Assembly (NCBI GenBank): GCA_963802335.1
Contig: CAWDIE010000008.1
Coordinates: forward strand, 564,601 to 628,600
Source of the DNA: an uncultured Planctomycetota bacterium
GTDB taxonomy: Bacteria; Planctomycetota; PLA2; JAEUHO01
Length of the DNA: 64,000 bases
Direction of reading: 5' to 3'
A program made the position numbers and the translations under genes. Under the pieces are notes generated by a model that saw only the letters and a program-made list of their open reading frames with translations, searched no databases and had not been told where the DNA came from. This document shows positions 19,453 to 31,181 of this stretch, piece after piece; position 1 is the stretch's first letter; each line of letters opens with the position of its first letter.

Positions 19453-20205
19453 ATGCGTGAGCCCCCCTTGCGATTCTCCTTGCTCCTTCGCCTGGCTGCC
19501 GCGGTCCTGATCGTGGTCGGGATCGCGGTCCTGGGGCCGGCTGCCGCAGCACACCTCCACAGCTTCGAGCGCTGGATCCTCGATCTGGGGCTCTGGGGCG
19601 TGCTCGCCTACGTCGGCGTCTTCCTCGTCCTGACCGCCGTATTCGTCCCCGACACGCTGCTCGCGCTCGTGGCCGGCGCGGTGTACGGCGTGGGCTGGGG
19701 CGTCCTGATCGTGTCCATCGCCGGGATCCTCGCGGCGGCCCTCCAGTACGCGCTCGCACGGACCTTCCTGCGCGACCGGGTCGACCGCGTCGTCAGCACG
19801 CGTCCGCGGCTCGCCGGCATCCAGCGAGCCGCCCGTCACGACCAGGTTCGTCTGCAGTGGCTGCTCAGGCTGACGCCGTTCAACCCGACGACCGTGAGTT
19901 ACCTGCTCGGCGCGACGGGGGTCCGTTTCCCCACCTATCTCCTCGCGTGCCTGGGGCTCGTCCCCGCGTTCGTCGTGGAGGTGTACGTGGGGTACGCCGG
20001 CCGCGACCTCACGTCGGCCGCACAGCGGCAGGAGGCGGTAGGGTCCTGGCACGACGTGTGGATGATCGTCGGTCTCGTAGCCGCCCTTCTCGTACTCGCC
20101 GTCTTGGCCCGCGCGGCGCAGCGTGCGGTACGGGAGGCCGTGGCGGCGTGTCGAGGTCCGACCCAACAGGGCCACCCCACGCTCGGCGAAACAGGGACGC
20201 GTTGA
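19453..20205 (+). CDS. TVP38/TMEM64 (DedA-related, SNARE-associated) membrane protein
   Basis: The protein is polytopic, with FVPDTLLALVAGAVYG and a LLRLTPFNPTTVSYLLG-type re-entrant motif. Confidence 0.75.
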   Translation: MREPPLRFSLLLRLAAAVLIVVGIAVLGPAAAAHLHSFERWILDLGLWGVLAYVGVFLVLTAVFVPDTLLALVAGAVYGVGWGVLIVSIAGILAAALQYALARTFLRDRVDRVVSTRPRLAGIQRAARHDQVRLQWLLRLTPFNPTTVSYLLGATGVRFPTYLLACLGLVPAFVVEVYVGYAGRDLTSAAQRQEAVGSWHDVWMIVGLVAALLVLAVLARAAQRAVREAVAACRGPTQQGHPTLGETGTR

Positions 20206-20294
20206 GGTCCCGAGACGCCCGGGGACGTTGCGCCCCAGGCGCCCTGGGATCGGTTGGTTCACCGCCACCCGTTCGAGTCGTGCTCGCCCTCTCC

Positions 20295-21056
20295 TCAGGG
20301 GTTGCGGAAGAGGTAGATCGCCCAGCCCAGCGTGTCGCGGCCCCAGCGCAGGTACGCCTCACGGAACGCATTCTGGATCCTGACGATCTCCGCGGCATCC
20401 GGATCGTCCGCGTGCGCACGCGCAAAGTCCGACGCCGCGTACGACTGCAAGCCCTCGTAGCGGTCCCAGTCGTCTTGGCTGCTCACCTGCGCATAGAGGA
20501 AGGTCAGCCCCTCCTCCTCGCCGATCGTCACGTTGCCCTCGTGGGTGCTGAACTCGTCTCTCTTGACGCCGGACGCCTCCAGGTACGCCTCACAAGGCTC
20601 CTGGATCCAGTAGGGCTCGCCGGCGACCACGAGACCCCCCGGCCTGCAGAAGCCCCTGAGCGCACGCAGGGTCCCACGATGCCCCTGCCAGATCCACGAA
20701 GCCCCCAGACACATGACGATGTCGAATGTCTCTCCGTCCTCGGGCTGGTAGTCCGCTCCGCCCATTTCCAGGATGCGAAGATCCGCATCGGGTACGCGCG
20801 CCTCGCGTTTTGCTTCGGCGGCCGCCGCAAATTGGGGGGAGAGATCGATGCCTACGCCGCTCACGCCGTAGCGCTCGACGAGACGTACGAGCAGCTCGGC
20901 CTTGCCGCATGCGATGTCCAGCACGCGATGACCCGGCCGCGGCTCCAGCAGTGCGCAAAGCTCGTCGGCCTTCGTCGCGCTCGTGGCGTTGAGGAACACG
21001 TGGCGCCGATGCGTCACGTCGTAGAACTTCCACATGTCCACCGTCCAGTCGCTCAT
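20295..21056 (-). CDS. class I SAM-dependent methyltransferase
   Basis: The inner ATG of track ORF 20295..21395 gives [16 protein letters not shown] motif I is [12 protein letters not shown], and FDIVMCLG and LRPGGLVV follow. Confidence 0.85.
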   Translation of the reverse strand: MSDWTVDMWKFYDVTHRRHVFLNATSATKADELCALLEPRPGHRVLDIACGKAELLVRLVERYGVSGVGIDLSPQFAAAAEAKREARVPDADLRILEMGGADYQPEDGETFDIVMCLGASWIWQGHRGTLRALRGFCRPGGLVVAGEPYWIQEPCEAYLEASGVKRDEFSTHEGNVTIGEEEGLTFLYAQVSSQDDWDRYEGLQSYAASDFARAHADDPDAAEIVRIQNAFREAYLRWGRDTLGWAIYLFRNP

Positions 21057-21273
21057 CGCAGACCCCTCCCGGGACAAGGGCAGAGGATCCATGCTGGGGT
21101 CGGTCAGCGCAAGGTCCGCCGCGCTACCGCGGAGCGTACGGGGCGCACCGCGTTTCGCATCGGCTGACGTGGCCCGGGGTGCGGCCATGGCGTGGGAAGA
21201 TGGCGGACGGGTGCCTGGCACCGTATTCGAGGGAGTGTTCAAGGGGGCGCCGCTCGCCCGTAGAGTGGGCGGG

Positions 21274-24200
21274 ATGCGCCTCTGCCTTCTCTGTCTGCTG
21301 ACCACCCTCCTCCTCGGGTGCGCCGCCGAGTCCGACTCCCCGCCCCGGCTCGAGCTCACCCCCGCCGAGCAGGCGTGGGTGGATGCCCATCCCAAGATCC
21401 GCGTGGGAGCGGAGATGGACTGGGCGCCCTTCGACTTCGTGATCCACGGGGAGGCGACGGGCTTCTCGAACGACTACGCCCGGCTGCTCGCGAGCCGGTT
21501 GGGGATCGAGCTGGAATTCGTCCACGGCCTCACGTGGGCCGAACTGCTCGACGGCGTACGCGAGCGTGAGATCGACCTGCTGCCGGCGGTCTGGAAGACC
21601 CGGGAGCGGGAGTCCTACCTCACCTTCACGCAGCCGTACCACCAGAGTCCCACGGTGTTGGTCGTGCGCCGGGGCGTGCGCGGTCTACGCACGTACGATG
21701 ACCTGCGCGGCCGCCGCCTTGCCGTGGTCAAGGGCTACGTCGTGGCCTCCCTCATCCCCGAGAGCCACCCGGAGATCGAGCTCGTGGAGGTCTCGTCGCC
21801 CATCGACGCGCTGCTGGCCGTCGAGCAGGGGACGGCCGACGCCTACTCCGATGAGCTGGCCGTCGTCAACTACGCCTGCCGCACGCAGCTGATTCGTGGC
21901 GTCGAGGCCGTGGGTCAGGTCGGAACCGGCAACGCATCGAAGGGTGCGCCGCTGCACCTCGCGGCACGGAGCGACTGGCCCGAGCTGGCCCGGCTGCTCG
22001 ACAAGGCGATGGACGCCGTGAGCTCGGCCGAGCACGCCGCGCTCGTCGACCGGTGGTTCGCGGCGCCGCCGGAACCCGATACCGACCCCTCGTGGAGCTA
22101 TCCGGCGGTGGCCGGGGTCGTCGGCGCCGTGCTCCTGTTCGTCCTGCTCGTCCTATGGGGCATGGCGCGCCTCGGCCGGAGCCACCTCCTGCGGGGGCAG
22201 TCGGTGCTCGCGGGGAAGGCCGCCAAGCTCGGTTTGATGGGCGGGTTCTTGACGATCGTGATCGTGGGCGCGTGGTTCAGCCTCGTTCGGCTCGAGACCA
22301 TGGCTCGCGCCGACCGTGCCGAGTTGCTTCGGTCCGCCGTGGGGTCCACCCGCGAGTCGCTGAGCGTGTGGTTCGCCGCCAAGAGCGACCAGGTGGAACT
22401 GCTGGTGCGGGATCCGGCGGTCCGAGCGCTCACGGAACGGCTTCTCGAGGTGCCGCGCGATCGAGGGTCACTCCTGGCATCGGCCCCCCTGGCCGATCTT
22501 CGAGCGCACCTCGAGAACGACGCCGTGGTCGAGGGCAGCAAGGGCTTCGCGATCATCGCTCCCGATCTCGTCCGGATTGCGTCGCGGCAAGACCCCGGCC
22601 TCGGTGACCGGGCGGCGATCGCGGACGACCGCCCGCTTCTGCTCCGCAAGGCGTTCGACGGGGCGACGGTGTTCATCCCTCCGCTTCGTCCGGGCCCCGC
22701 GATGAACATCTTCGTCGCCACCCCGGTTCGCGATGCATCCGGTGAGGTGCTCGCCATCTTCGCCTTGCTCCTCGACCCGTACGCCGACTTCACGCGCCTT
22801 TGTCAGGCGGTGAGGCCGGGGCAGACCGGCGAGACGTATGCGGTCGACCTGGAGGGCCGCATGCTCTCGGCGAGCCGCTTCGAGGAGGACCTGCGTCTCC
22901 TTGGCCTGCTCCAGGCGGACCAGAGCAGCGTGCTGAGTCTCCGCGTCGCCGATCCCGGCGGCGATCTCCATACGGCGTATCGCCCGTCTCTCTCCCCCGA
23001 TGAACAGCCTTTGACCCGGAGCGCCGCGGCTGTCCTCGAGCGTGCCTCGGGCTACGACGCCTCCGGCTATCGCGACTACCGCGGCCAGACGGTGCTGGGG
23101 GCTTGGGCGTGGGATCAGAGCCTCGGCGTGGGCCTCATCACCGAAATGGACGAGCGAGAAGCCCTGGCCACGTTCCGGGCGAGTCGAGCGATCGTGCTGG
23201 GTGTCCTCGCCATCACGGTGCTGCTGTCGGTTCTGCTGACTGGATTCACCCTCTGGAGCGGCGAGCGCACCAGCCGCACGCTGGAGCAGGCGCGCGACGA
23301 CTGGGAGCGCGTGGCGGCGGAACGTACGTCCGACCTTCGCGCGAGCGAGGAACAGTTCCGCACCATGGTCGGGAACATCCCCGGCGTGGTCTACCGTTGC
23401 CTTCCGCACCATCCGTGGACGATGCTGAGCATCAGTGACGAGATCGAGGTGCTGACCGGATACCCCGCTGCGGACTTCCTCGGCACGAGCCCCAAGCGCA
23501 CGTTCGGCGGTCTCATGCATCCCGACGACGTCGAACCGATCGCGCGCAATACGAAAGAGGCGCTGGATAACCGCCACTCCTACACCAACGAGTACCGGAT
23601 CTACAATGCCGCGGGGGAGCTCCACTGGGTCCTGGCGCGCGGCCAGGCGATCTACGACGACCAGGGGCGGCCCACCTTCCTGGATGGTGCGGTCTTCGAC
23701 GTGACCGAGATCCAGCGCGCGAAGCAGGATCTGGCCGAGGCCGAGGAGCGCGGCCGAATGCTGCTGGAGTCGGCGGGGGAGGGGATCTTCGGCGTGGACG
23801 CCGAGGGACGGGTGACGTTCATGAACCCCGTGGCCGAGAAGATGCTCGGCCGCGCGCCCCAGGAGCTGGTCGGCGCCTTGGGCCACGCGAGCATCCACCA
23901 CTCCTACCCCGACGGCACCGCCTACCCCCAGGACCGCTGTCCGATGCACAGGGCCTACACGAAGGGCGAGCGGGCCGACGTGGACAACGAGGTATTGTGG
24001 CGCAAGGACGGAACGAGCTTCCCCGTGCGCTACAAGAGCACGCCCATCGTGCAGGGTGGGGCGCTCGTCGGCGCCGTGATCACCTTCAGCGACGTCACGG
24101 AGCAGAAGGCCGCCGAGCAGCGACTCCGGAAGCTCTCCCTGGCGGTCGAACAGAGCTCCAGCACGATCGTCATCACGGACCGGAGCGGGACCATCGAGTA

Positions 24201-27147
24201 CGTCAATCCGACGTTCTGCGAGGTCACGGGCTACAGCCTCGAAGAAGCCATCGGCGCCAACCCGCGTGTGTTGAAGTCGGGCGAGCACGACGACGCGTTC
24301 TATCGGGGGCTGTGGCAGACCGTCTCGTCCGGCCAGGCCTGGCACGGCGAGATGTGCAACCGGAAGAAGAACGGCGAGCTGTACTGGGAACAGGTGTCGA
24401 TCGCTCCGATCCGCGATGAGACGGGCGAGATCACCCACTTCGTGGCCGTCAAGGACGACATCACGGAGCGCCAGGCGGCCGCCGAGGAACTCCGCAGGGT
24501 TTCCTTCCTCTCCGACATGGCGCTCGAGATGACCCGCTCCGGCTACTGGCACGTTGACTACCGAGACCCGGACTACTACTACCAATCCGAGCGCGCCGCT
24601 CGGATTGCCGGTGAGGAGATCAAGCCCGACGGCCGCTACCACCTCCAGGACGAGTGGTTCTCCCGTCTCATCGAGGCCGACCCCGAGACCGCGAAGCTCG
24701 CGGCCGAACGCTATCAGGGAGCAATCGACGGGACGTATCCGACCTACGACGCGACCTACGCCTACAAGCGACCTGCCGATGGGCGCATCGTCTGGCTGCA
24801 CGCGTCCGGATCGCTCGTTCGCGACGAAGACGGGAAGGCGCTCCTCATGTACGGCGTCTACCAGGACATCACCGAACTCAAACAGATGCAGGCAGACCTC
24901 GTCCGTGCCAAGGAGGCGGCGGAGGAGGCCACACGGGCCAAGTCCAACTTCCTGGCGAACATGAGCCACGAGATCCGAACTCCGATGAACGCCATCATCG
25001 GTCTCTCGCACCTGGCGCTCAAGACCCCGCTCGATCGCAAGCAGAGGGACTATGTCTCCAAGGTCCACAACGCCGGCACGTCGCTCCTGGGGATCATCAA
25101 TGACATCCTCGACTTCTCGAAGATCGAGGCCGGGAAGCTAAGCCTCGAGGAGATCCCCTTCCGGCTCGACGAGGTGATCACGAGTGTCTCGACCCTGACG
25201 GCGGAGAGGGCGCACGACAAGGGCCTCGAACTGCTCGTCCACGTGGCGTCCGACGTGCCTACTCAACTGCGCGGCGACCCTCTTCGGCTCGGTCAGATCC
25301 TGACCAACCTGGTCAGCAACGCGGTCAAGTTCACGGAGAAGGGCGAAATCCACGTCCGGGTGGGGCTCTTGGAGACGACGGGAGACAAGGTGCAACTGCA
25401 GTTCTCCGTGCGTGACACGGGCATGGGCATGACGCGCGAGCAAGCGGCCAAGCTCTTCCAGGCCTTCACCCAGGCGGACATGTCCACGACCCGCAAGCAT
25501 GGAGGCACGGGGCTCGGCCTCACGATCTCCCGGCGCCTGGCCGAGATGATGGGCGGGCGCATCGGGGTCGAGAGCGAGTCCGGGGTCGGCAGCACGTTCT
25601 CGTTCACCGCTTGGCTCGGGGTGGGGCCCGCGGCCCGGCACGCGCAGAGGCTTCCGGAACGACTGCCCCAGCTGAGCGTGCTGGTCGTGGACGACAACGC
25701 CGCCGCGCGAGAGGTGTTGGGCGACGCACTGGAGCAAGTGGTCTCGCACGTCGACATGGCAGCCTCCGGCGAGGAAGCCCTCGAGTCCGTCAAGCAGCAC
25801 GACGGATCGGCTCCCTACGATCTGGTGTTCATGGACTGGCGCATGCAGGGCATGGACGGCCTGGAGGCCACGCGGTTGATCCAAGAGGACCCATCGATCC
25901 GGCGGCGGCCGGCGGTCGTGATGGTGACGGCGTTCGGCCGGGAAGAGGTGCGAGACGAGGCCGAGAAGTTGGGCATCGAGGGGTTCCTGGTGAAGCCGGT
26001 GACGCGTTCGATGCTCGTCGACACGTTGGTCTCGCTCTTCGCGCCGGAAGCCGAGGAGGCGGCCGAGGCCACGGCGGATGAGGATCCGCAGCGGCTCGCA
26101 GGGGTGCGCGTGCTGCTTGCCGAAGACAACGAGATCAACCAACAGATCGCCGTCGAGTTGCTCGAGGGCGTTGGAGCCTCCATGACGGTCGTGGGCAACG
26201 GCCGCCTGGCGGTCGAGGCGCTCCATGCGGCTCCGACCGGCTTCGATCTGGTCCTCATGGACCTGCAGATGCCCGAGATGGACGGCCATCAGGCGACGGC
26301 GAGGATTCGGGAGGACGCACGCTTCCGCACGCTCCCCATCCTCGCCATGACCGCACACGCGACGAACGAGGAGCGCCAGCGGTGCCTCGACGACGGCATG
26401 AACGATCACATCGCCAAGCCCATCGATCCCCGCGTCCTCTTCGATACGGTCGCGCGGCACTGCGGGCCCCGCGAGGGCTCGTCGCCCGCGGCTTCGCCGG
26501 GAACGGCGCGCGAGGCATCGGTCGTCGACCTCGGGCGGGTCGAGTCCGTCGAGGGGCTGGATGTCGGTGACGGCCTGGGCCGCGTGGCCGGCAATCGCAA
26601 GCTCTACCTGAAGCTCTTGCGCATGTTCGTAGAGGAACAGGGACCCGCCGCGACGCGTATCGCCGACGCGGTTGCCCGCAACGACGCGGCCACGGCGGAG
26701 CGGTTGGCCCACACCGTGAAGGGTGTGGCCGGCAACCTGGGGGCCGCCTCCCTGCAGGCCGCGGCGGGGGCGCTCGAGAGCGCCCTCGCGAGCGGAGCCG
26801 GCGCGGATGAGCGGGCATCGGTGCTCGAGGCGCTCACGACGAAACTGAATGCGTTGGTCGCGGACCTGCGAGCCGCGTTGCCCGCGGTCGAGGTGGAGGC
26901 ACCGCCGGCGGCGGACGCGCCGCCGCCCGAGCCGACCCACGTCCGGCGGAGCGTCAACGAGATGCGAGGTCACTTGGGCAACTTCGACGCCGCTGCGGGC
27001 GACCTGCTCGATGCCGAAGGAGATGTCTTCCGGTTCGTCTTCGATGCCGAGGGATACGCCGCGTTCGCGGGGCACGTGAGCGCGTACGCGTTCGACGAGG
27101 CCTTGACCTTGCTCGATCGCGCGGCGAAGGAGAAGGGCCTGCTCTAA
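21274..27147 (+). CDS. hybrid sensor histidine kinase: lipoprotein-type signal, periplasmic solute-binding (SBP_bac_3-like) domain, TM helices, Cache-like domain, four PAS/PAC modules, HisKA-HATPase, two receivers, HPt
   Basis: The start at [16 protein letters not shown] is the inner ATG of the track ORF. The H-box SHEIRTPMN has its His codon at 24967-24969. The G2 box is [21 protein letters not shown]1 (VLVVDDN...[11 protein letters not shown]) has its Asp at 25834-25836. REC2 ([11 protein letters not shown]...[11 protein letters not shown]) has its Asp at 26260-26262. HPt ([13 protein letters not shown]) has its His at 26710-26712. Confidence 0.92.
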   Translation: MRLCLLCLLTTLLLGCAAESDSPPRLELTPAEQAWVDAHPKIRVGAEMDWAPFDFVIHGEATGFSNDYARLLASRLGIELEFVHGLTWAELLDGVREREIDLLPAVWKTRERESYLTFTQPYHQSPTVLVVRRGVRGLRTYDDLRGRRLAVVKGYVVASLIPESHPEIELVEVSSPIDALLAVEQGTADAYSDELAVVNYACRTQLIRGVEAVGQVGTGNASKGAPLHLAARSDWPELARLLDKAMDAVSSAEHAALVDRWFAAPPEPDTDPSWSYPAVAGVVGAVLLFVLLVLWGMARLGRSHLLRGQSVLAGKAAKLGLMGGFLTIVIVGAWFSLVRLETMARADRAELLRSAVGSTRESLSVWFAAKSDQVELLVRDPAVRALTERLLEVPRDRGSLLASAPLADLRAHLENDAVVEGSKGFAIIAPDLVRIASRQDPGLGDRAAIADDRPLLLRKAFDGATVFIPPLRPGPAMNIFVATPVRDASGEVLAIFALLLDPYADFTRLCQAVRPGQTGETYAVDLEGRMLSASRFEEDLRLLGLLQADQSSVLSLRVADPGGDLHTAYRPSLSPDEQPLTRSAAAVLERASGYDASGYRDYRGQTVLGAWAWDQSLGVGLITEMDEREALATFRASRAIVLGVLAITVLLSVLLTGFTLWSGERTSRTLEQARDDWERVAAERTSDLRASEEQFRTMVGNIPGVVYRCLPHHPWTMLSISDEIEVLTGYPAADFLGTSPKRTFGGLMHPDDVEPIARNTKEALDNRHSYTNEYRIYNAAGELHWVLARGQAIYDDQGRPTFLDGAVFDVTEIQRAKQDLAEAEERGRMLLESAGEGIFGVDAEGRVTFMNPVAEKMLGRAPQELVGALGHASIHHSYPDGTAYPQDRCPMHRAYTKGERADVDNEVLWRKDGTSFPVRYKSTPIVQGGALVGAVITFSDVTEQKAAEQRLRKLSLAVEQSSSTIVITDRSGTIEYVNPTFCEVTGYSLEEAIGANPRVLKSGEHDDAFYRGLWQTVSSGQAWHGEMCNRKKNGELYWEQVSIAPIRDETGEITHFVAVKDDITERQAAAEELRRVSFLSDMALEMTRSGYWHVDYRDPDYYYQSERAARIAGEEIKPDGRYHLQDEWFSRLIEADPETAKLAAERYQGAIDGTYPTYDATYAYKRPADGRIVWLHASGSLVRDEDGKALLMYGVYQDITELKQMQADLVRAKEAAEEATRAKSNFLANMSHEIRTPMNAIIGLSHLALKTPLDRKQRDYVSKVHNAGTSLLGIINDILDFSKIEAGKLSLEEIPFRLDEVITSVSTLTAERAHDKGLELLVHVASDVPTQLRGDPLRLGQILTNLVSNAVKFTEKGEIHVRVGLLETTGDKVQLQFSVRDTGMGMTREQAAKLFQAFTQADMSTTRKHGGTGLGLTISRRLAEMMGGRIGVESESGVGSTFSFTAWLGVGPAARHAQRLPERLPQLSVLVVDDNAAAREVLGDALEQVVSHVDMAASGEEALESVKQHDGSAPYDLVFMDWRMQGMDGLEATRLIQEDPSIRRRPAVVMVTAFGREEVRDEAEKLGIEGFLVKPVTRSMLVDTLVSLFAPEAEEAAEATADEDPQRLAGVRVLLAEDNEINQQIAVELLEGVGASMTVVGNGRLAVEALHAAPTGFDLVLMDLQMPEMDGHQATARIREDARFRTLPILAMTAHATNEERQRCLDDGMNDHIAKPIDPRVLFDTVARHCGPREGSSPAASPGTAREASVVDLGRVESVEGLDVGDGLGRVAGNRKLYLKLLRMFVEEQGPAATRIADAVARNDAATAERLAHTVKGVAGNLGAASLQAAAGALESALASGAGADERASVLEALTTKLNALVADLRAALPAVEVEAPPAADAPPPEPTHVRRSVNEMRGHLGNFDAAAGDLLDAEGDVFRFVFDAEGYAAFAGHVSAYAFDEALTLLDRAAKEKGLL

Positions 27148-27334
27148 CTCGATTCAAGGCGGCCGTTCGTCCTCTGGCCACGGGTCCGGCAGAGCCCGGT
27201 TGTCTGTGGGCAGGGCGCATGGGCCTCGGTGCGAGAGCCGGGAACCGCGCCGGCTATCCGGCAATCGGGAGGCAGCGGGACCCTATGCCGGACGTCCGGA
27301 CGGTCACGGCGAGGGCGAACGGCCCTCCTCGCTG

Positions 27335-28567
27335 TCAGCGCACGCTCGGACTACGGGCAGACGCAGCCCCCGCCGCGCGGATCCTCGCCCGTGACGGCTT
27401 CGGGGCCGCGATGAAACGAACCAGGTCGCGTCCCTGGGCGTCCGTGACGACCCACACATGGCCCACGAGTGTCGTTCGTTCGGCGTTCGAGCGTGCCGGC
27501 ACCGTGCCGTACGACCGACGCTCGCCCTCGTGGCCGATCCAGAAGAGCTCGACCACGCCGTCGGTCTCGTTCAGGAACAGCACGCGCGTTTCCAGTAGTG
27601 ACGTGGGGGAGCGGGCCGGGTGGCCCTGCGCCGGAAGCGCTTCGAGGTCTTCGCGACCTTCCCCTGTGCGCTTTGCCTCCTCGTACCGGCGGTACCAGTC
27701 ATCCAGGCCCGCGGGCCAGGCGAAGCGCGGGGCCTTCGAGGGGTCATGGCCCGCGAGATGTCCGCGCTCCGAGCGCACACTGGGCTTCGTGTAGCGCCAC
27801 GTGAACCGTCCCAGGCTGTCGCCGATCAGTTGGGCTAGCCTCGGATCGTAGGCCACGAGCTCGGCGCGGGTGTCGACATGGTTGTGGATCGCATCGGGCG
27901 GCCGGTTCGTATCGAACCAGCACTGCACGCCCTCCGCCCAGTACTCCTCCTTGTTCTGCGCGGCATAGAGTCCCTTCCAGAGACCTTGCTTCATCGCCGC
28001 GTCGTAGGCGAGAGCGAGTCTCTTCTCGAAGTCCTCATCGATCGTGCGCAGACCCATCAGGTCGATAGCGTGCGCGAATTCGTGCACGAGGATGCTCTCA
28101 GTCGCATAGGGATCGCCGGGGAAGCCGAGCAGATTTTCCTCGGCGCACGAAATGCACGGCCGCTCCACGGAGGGGCCGAGGCCTCGGGCACGCCGGTCCC
28201 ACCACTTGCCCGGCTCGAGTGTCTTGTGCTCGGGAACGTCGGTGGTCATCTCTCCGTGCGCCATCACGCAGCACCGCACCTTGGCTTTCACGAGCGCAGC
28301 GAGGACGTCGCGGCGCGCAGCGAGCATGTGGTCGATGATCCAGGCTGCTTCGAGTAGGGCGTGATCCGAGACCTTGTTCGAGCCGAGAATCGGAAATCCG
28401 TGGAGGTCCAGGTGCTTCTCGTAGAAGCGATCCAGCTTCCAGGCATTGCGGAGCTTCGTCGGCACGGGACCGATGCGCTGTACGACGTCTTCGGCCCGCG
28501 CCGCGCCGCATGGCAGGAGGGCCAGGATGCCCAGAAGGACGTAGGCGTGATGCGTCCGCAATCTCAT
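27335..28567 (-). CDS. secreted zinc metallopeptidase-like protein (HExxH) with a C-terminal VHL beta-domain-like module
   Basis: The inner ATG gives the signal peptide MRLRTHHAYVLLGILALLPCGAARA. HEFAH lies at ~28067-28090, and EYWAEG is a possible third ligand region. The C-terminal stretch VLFLNETDGVVELFWIGHEGERRSYGTVPARSNAERTTLVGHVWVVTDAQG parallels the human pVHL beta-domain core. Confidence 0.75.
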   Translation of the reverse strand: MRLRTHHAYVLLGILALLPCGAARAEDVVQRIGPVPTKLRNAWKLDRFYEKHLDLHGFPILGSNKVSDHALLEAAWIIDHMLAARRDVLAALVKAKVRCCVMAHGEMTTDVPEHKTLEPGKWWDRRARGLGPSVERPCISCAEENLLGFPGDPYATESILVHEFAHAIDLMGLRTIDEDFEKRLALAYDAAMKQGLWKGLYAAQNKEEYWAEGVQCWFDTNRPPDAIHNHVDTRAELVAYDPRLAQLIGDSLGRFTWRYTKPSVRSERGHLAGHDPSKAPRFAWPAGLDDWYRRYEEAKRTGEGREDLEALPAQGHPARSPTSLLETRVLFLNETDGVVELFWIGHEGERRSYGTVPARSNAERTTLVGHVWVVTDAQGRDLVRFIAAPKPSRARIRAAGAASARSPSVR

Positions 28568-28858
28568 CCCTCCCCGAGCCACGGAGCCACGAGTCATTCC
28601 GTCGGCGCGAACGAGAGATCGTAGTGGTGGGTCGCGGGGAAGCGTGGGGGCTTTGAGCCGCCTCCACATCCCCGGGTTCTCCCAGGACAGGTTCCTGGTC
28701 GGCGTCGCGCGCAGGGCGCGCCGAGCCAACCGGAATCCCGCGACGGAAGACCTGCTACCGGAAGCGCGGGTCGTACGCTACGCGCCCACCCGCCTGCTCG
28801 ATCAGCCGGTCCGACGTGTTGGCGAAATCGTGCCTGGCACCGTAACGCCGTTAGGGAG

Positions 28859-29524
28859 TTACCGAGCGGCGGTCGCCGCCTGGCCGGTGTGCGCCGCCCA
28901 GTCCTTGAGGAATGCGTCGAGGCCGGTGTCCGTCAGGTTGTGGCGCACCATGCCGTCCAGCACCTTCGGCGGAATCGTGCAGATGTCCGCGCCGATCAGG
29001 CCCGCTTCGCGGACGTGCTCGACGTTGCGGATGCTCGCGACGAGCACTTCCGTGTTGTAGGTGTAGTTGTTGAAGGTCTGGACGATGTCCTCGATCAGCT
29101 CCATGCCTCGCACGCCCTGATCGTCGAGGCGACCGATGAAGGGGCTGACCATCGTCGCGCCGGCCTTCGCGGCCAGCAGGGCCTGCGTCACCGAGAAGCA
29201 GAGCGTCACGTTCGTCTTGATGCCCTCGGCAGAGAGACGCGTCGTGGCCTTCAGGCCCTCGGGAATGAGCGGCACCTTGATCACTACGTTCGGGTGAATC
29301 CGCGCGAGCGGCTCGGCTTCGGCGACCATCCCGTCCGCGTCGAGCGCCGTGACCTCGGCCGAGACGGGGCCGTCCACGATGCTGCAGATCTCGTCCACGA
29401 CCTCCTCGAAGACGCGCCCCGACTTCTTGATCAGGGACGGGTTCGTCGTGACGCCGTCCACCACGCCCCAGGCGGCGTAGGTCCGGATGGCGTCCACATC
29501 GGCGGTGTCGAGGAAGATCTTCAT
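28859..29524 (-). CDS. tal: transaldolase / fructose-6-phosphate aldolase (short type 3B)
   Basis: Family signatures are [22 protein letters not shown], the Schiff-base Lys context IKVP and [10 protein letters not shown]. This is the inner ATG of track ORF 28859..29578. Confidence 0.92.
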   Translation of the reverse strand: MKIFLDTADVDAIRTYAAWGVVDGVTTNPSLIKKSGRVFEEVVDEICSIVDGPVSAEVTALDADGMVAEAEPLARIHPNVVIKVPLIPEGLKATTRLSAEGIKTNVTLCFSVTQALLAAKAGATMVSPFIGRLDDQGVRGMELIEDIVQTFNNYTYNTEVLVASIRNVEHVREAGLIGADICTIPPKVLDGMVRHNLTDTGLDAFLKDWAAHTGQAATAAR

Positions 29525-29623
29525 GGTCGGGCTCCCGAGGTCGGAAGAGCCTACCGCGGGCGGCCGACGCCCCGGCATGGGCGCGGGGGCCCGGGCGGAG
29601 AAGGTCCCGGACGGGTGGGGCGG

Positions 29624-30583
29624 TCAACCCCGGGGGTGGTGCTTGCGGTGCACGCCCTTCAACCGCTCCTGCTCCACGTGGGTGTAGATCTGCGTCGTCT
29701 GGACACTCGCGTGTCCGAGCAGCTCCTGGACCACGCGGAGATCCGCTCCGCCCTCGAGGAGATGCGTCGCGAACGAGTGCCTCAGGACGTGGGGACTGAG
29801 GTGCTCGGCCAGCCCCGCTGCGACCGCGCGCTCGCGCAGGAGCCGGAACACGCGATGCCGGTCGAGGGCGCGGCCCGTCCGTGAGAGGAAGAGGCGGGTC
29901 GACCCGTGGCGGTCAAGCGGAGGGCGACCTCGCGTGAGCCAGGCCGCGATCGCGTCGGCCGCCGGCGTTCCCAGCGGGACCCAGCGCTCCTTGCGCCCCT
30001 TGCCGAAGCAGCGGACGACGCGGCGGTCGGCCTGGAGGTCCTCGAGGGACCAACCGCACGCCTCCTCCACGCGCGCCCCCGTGGCGTAGAGGGCCTCGAG
30101 GAGGGCCCGGTCCCTCAGTGCCAAGGGCGCGTCGCCGCGAATCGACGCCAGCAGACGGTCCACGGTCGTCCGTCCCAGCACGTGGGGGAGCCCATCCGGT
30201 CGCCGCGTGGGCAGGAGCCCCGCGCTGGGGTCGGCGGCGAGCAGACCGAGACCCACCGCGAAGCGCAGGAAGCCCCGCATGCCCGCCAGGCGTCGCGCCG
30301 TCGAAGCCGGCGCCGCGCCGTCCCGACGCGAGGCGGCGAGCCAGGCCACGAGGTCGTCCTTCGTCAAGGCGCCGAGTCCGGTGGCCTCGTGGCGCAGGTC
30401 GAGCCCCCGGTGCTCGAAGAAGGAGGCGACATCGCGCCGGTAGGCCAGGATCGTGTGCGGGGAGAGACCGCGCTCCACCCGCAGATGGTCCAGCCACGCT
30501 TGGACGGCCTGGGCGACGGTGCGGGGGAGACCGAGACTCACCTCCCCTTCAGCGGCCCGCCACCCGAGGGACTTGAGGCACAT
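29624..30583 (-). CDS. xerD: site-specific tyrosine recombinase XerD/XerC
   Basis: The N-terminal SAM-like domain reads WLDHLRVERGLSPHTILAYRRDV. Catalytic residues are ATGARVEE...HVLRHSFATHLLEGGADLRVVQELLGHASVQTTQIYTHV. An inner start was chosen because the upstream part of the track ORF overlaps the divergent dksA-like gene. Confidence 0.88.
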   Translation of the reverse strand: MCLKSLGWRAAEGEVSLGLPRTVAQAVQAWLDHLRVERGLSPHTILAYRRDVASFFEHRGLDLRHEATGLGALTKDDLVAWLAASRRDGAAPASTARRLAGMRGFLRFAVGLGLLAADPSAGLLPTRRPDGLPHVLGRTTVDRLLASIRGDAPLALRDRALLEALYATGARVEEACGWSLEDLQADRRVVRCFGKGRKERWVPLGTPAADAIAAWLTRGRPPLDRHGSTRLFLSRTGRALDRHRVFRLLRERAVAAGLAEHLSPHVLRHSFATHLLEGGADLRVVQELLGHASVQTTQIYTHVEQERLKGVHRKHHPRG

Positions 30584-30689
30584 TCCCGCGGCTTCTCGCA
30601 CCCCGAGGCGCCCCGGGGGCCGAATTGACCCCTCCTCCACCTGCCGGTATCCTCCCGCGCCATTCGAGCCGGGGGAGGTTGCCCAGCCC

Positions 30690-31181
30690 ATGCCGACGCG
30701 CAAGCAGGACAGCGACGCCGCCAAGCCGCCGCGCCGCAAGCGCCGCCGCCGCTTCCCCAAGGGGGGCCCCACCAAGGCGGAGCTGAAGAAGCACCGCGAG
30801 GCCCTCCTGGAACTGAGGCGGGGTTTGCTTCGGAGCAGCGAGAAACTGGCGGACGAAGCACTCAAGGGCAGCGGGCAGGACTACTCCTACGACGACTGGG
30901 CCGACCACGGCAGCGACAACTTCGAGCAGTCGTTCTCCCTGTCCTTGCTCGAGGGAGAGGCCGAGATCTTCCGGGCCGTTCAGGCGGCCCTGGAGAAGAT
31001 CGACGGCCAGGGCGAGTTACCGTTCGGGCTCTGTGAGAAGTGCGCGGACGAGGCGCCCGACGAGGGTTCGGACGAGCGCTGCGGGACCTGCCCCTGGATC
31101 GCCAAGGGCCGGCTGGTCGCCGTCCCCTACGCGCGCCTCTGCGTCCAGCAGCAGGAGCTCGAGGAACAGAGGGGGTCGTGA
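30690..31181 (+). CDS. DksA/TraR-family C4 zinc-finger protein with a basic N-terminal extension
   Basis: GGGGGAGG lies upstream of the ATG. A coiled-coil is present (ELKKHREALLELRRGLL). The acidic tip motif is DWADHGSDNFEQ. The zinc finger is CEKC...CGTC. Confidence 0.75.
   Translation: MPTRKQDSDAAKPPRRKRRRRFPKGGPTKAELKKHREALLELRRGLLRSSEKLADEALKGSGQDYSYDDWADHGSDNFEQSFSLSLLEGEAEIFRAVQAALEKIDGQGELPFGLCEKCADEAPDEGSDERCGTCPWIAKGRLVAVPYARLCVQQQELEEQRGS

Noticed and set aside
18963-19454. 163-aa minus-strand ORF filling the uvrC/TVP38 intergenic region
   Set aside because: It has Arg/Gly/Pro-rich composition, no SD and no motif. The region is better treated as non-coding or regulatory.
22468-27075. 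Minus-strand ORFs of 866 aa (22468..25068) and 645 aa (25138..27075)
   Set aside because: Both are antisense to the hybrid kinase, whose H-box, REC and HPt motifs define the true frame.
29624-30583. Tyrosine recombinase considered as the integrase of a mobile element
   Set aside because: It has a XerD-type sequence and sits in housekeeping surroundings (tal, dksA-like, lspA). No tRNA, att-like repeats or phage/IS genes flank it.
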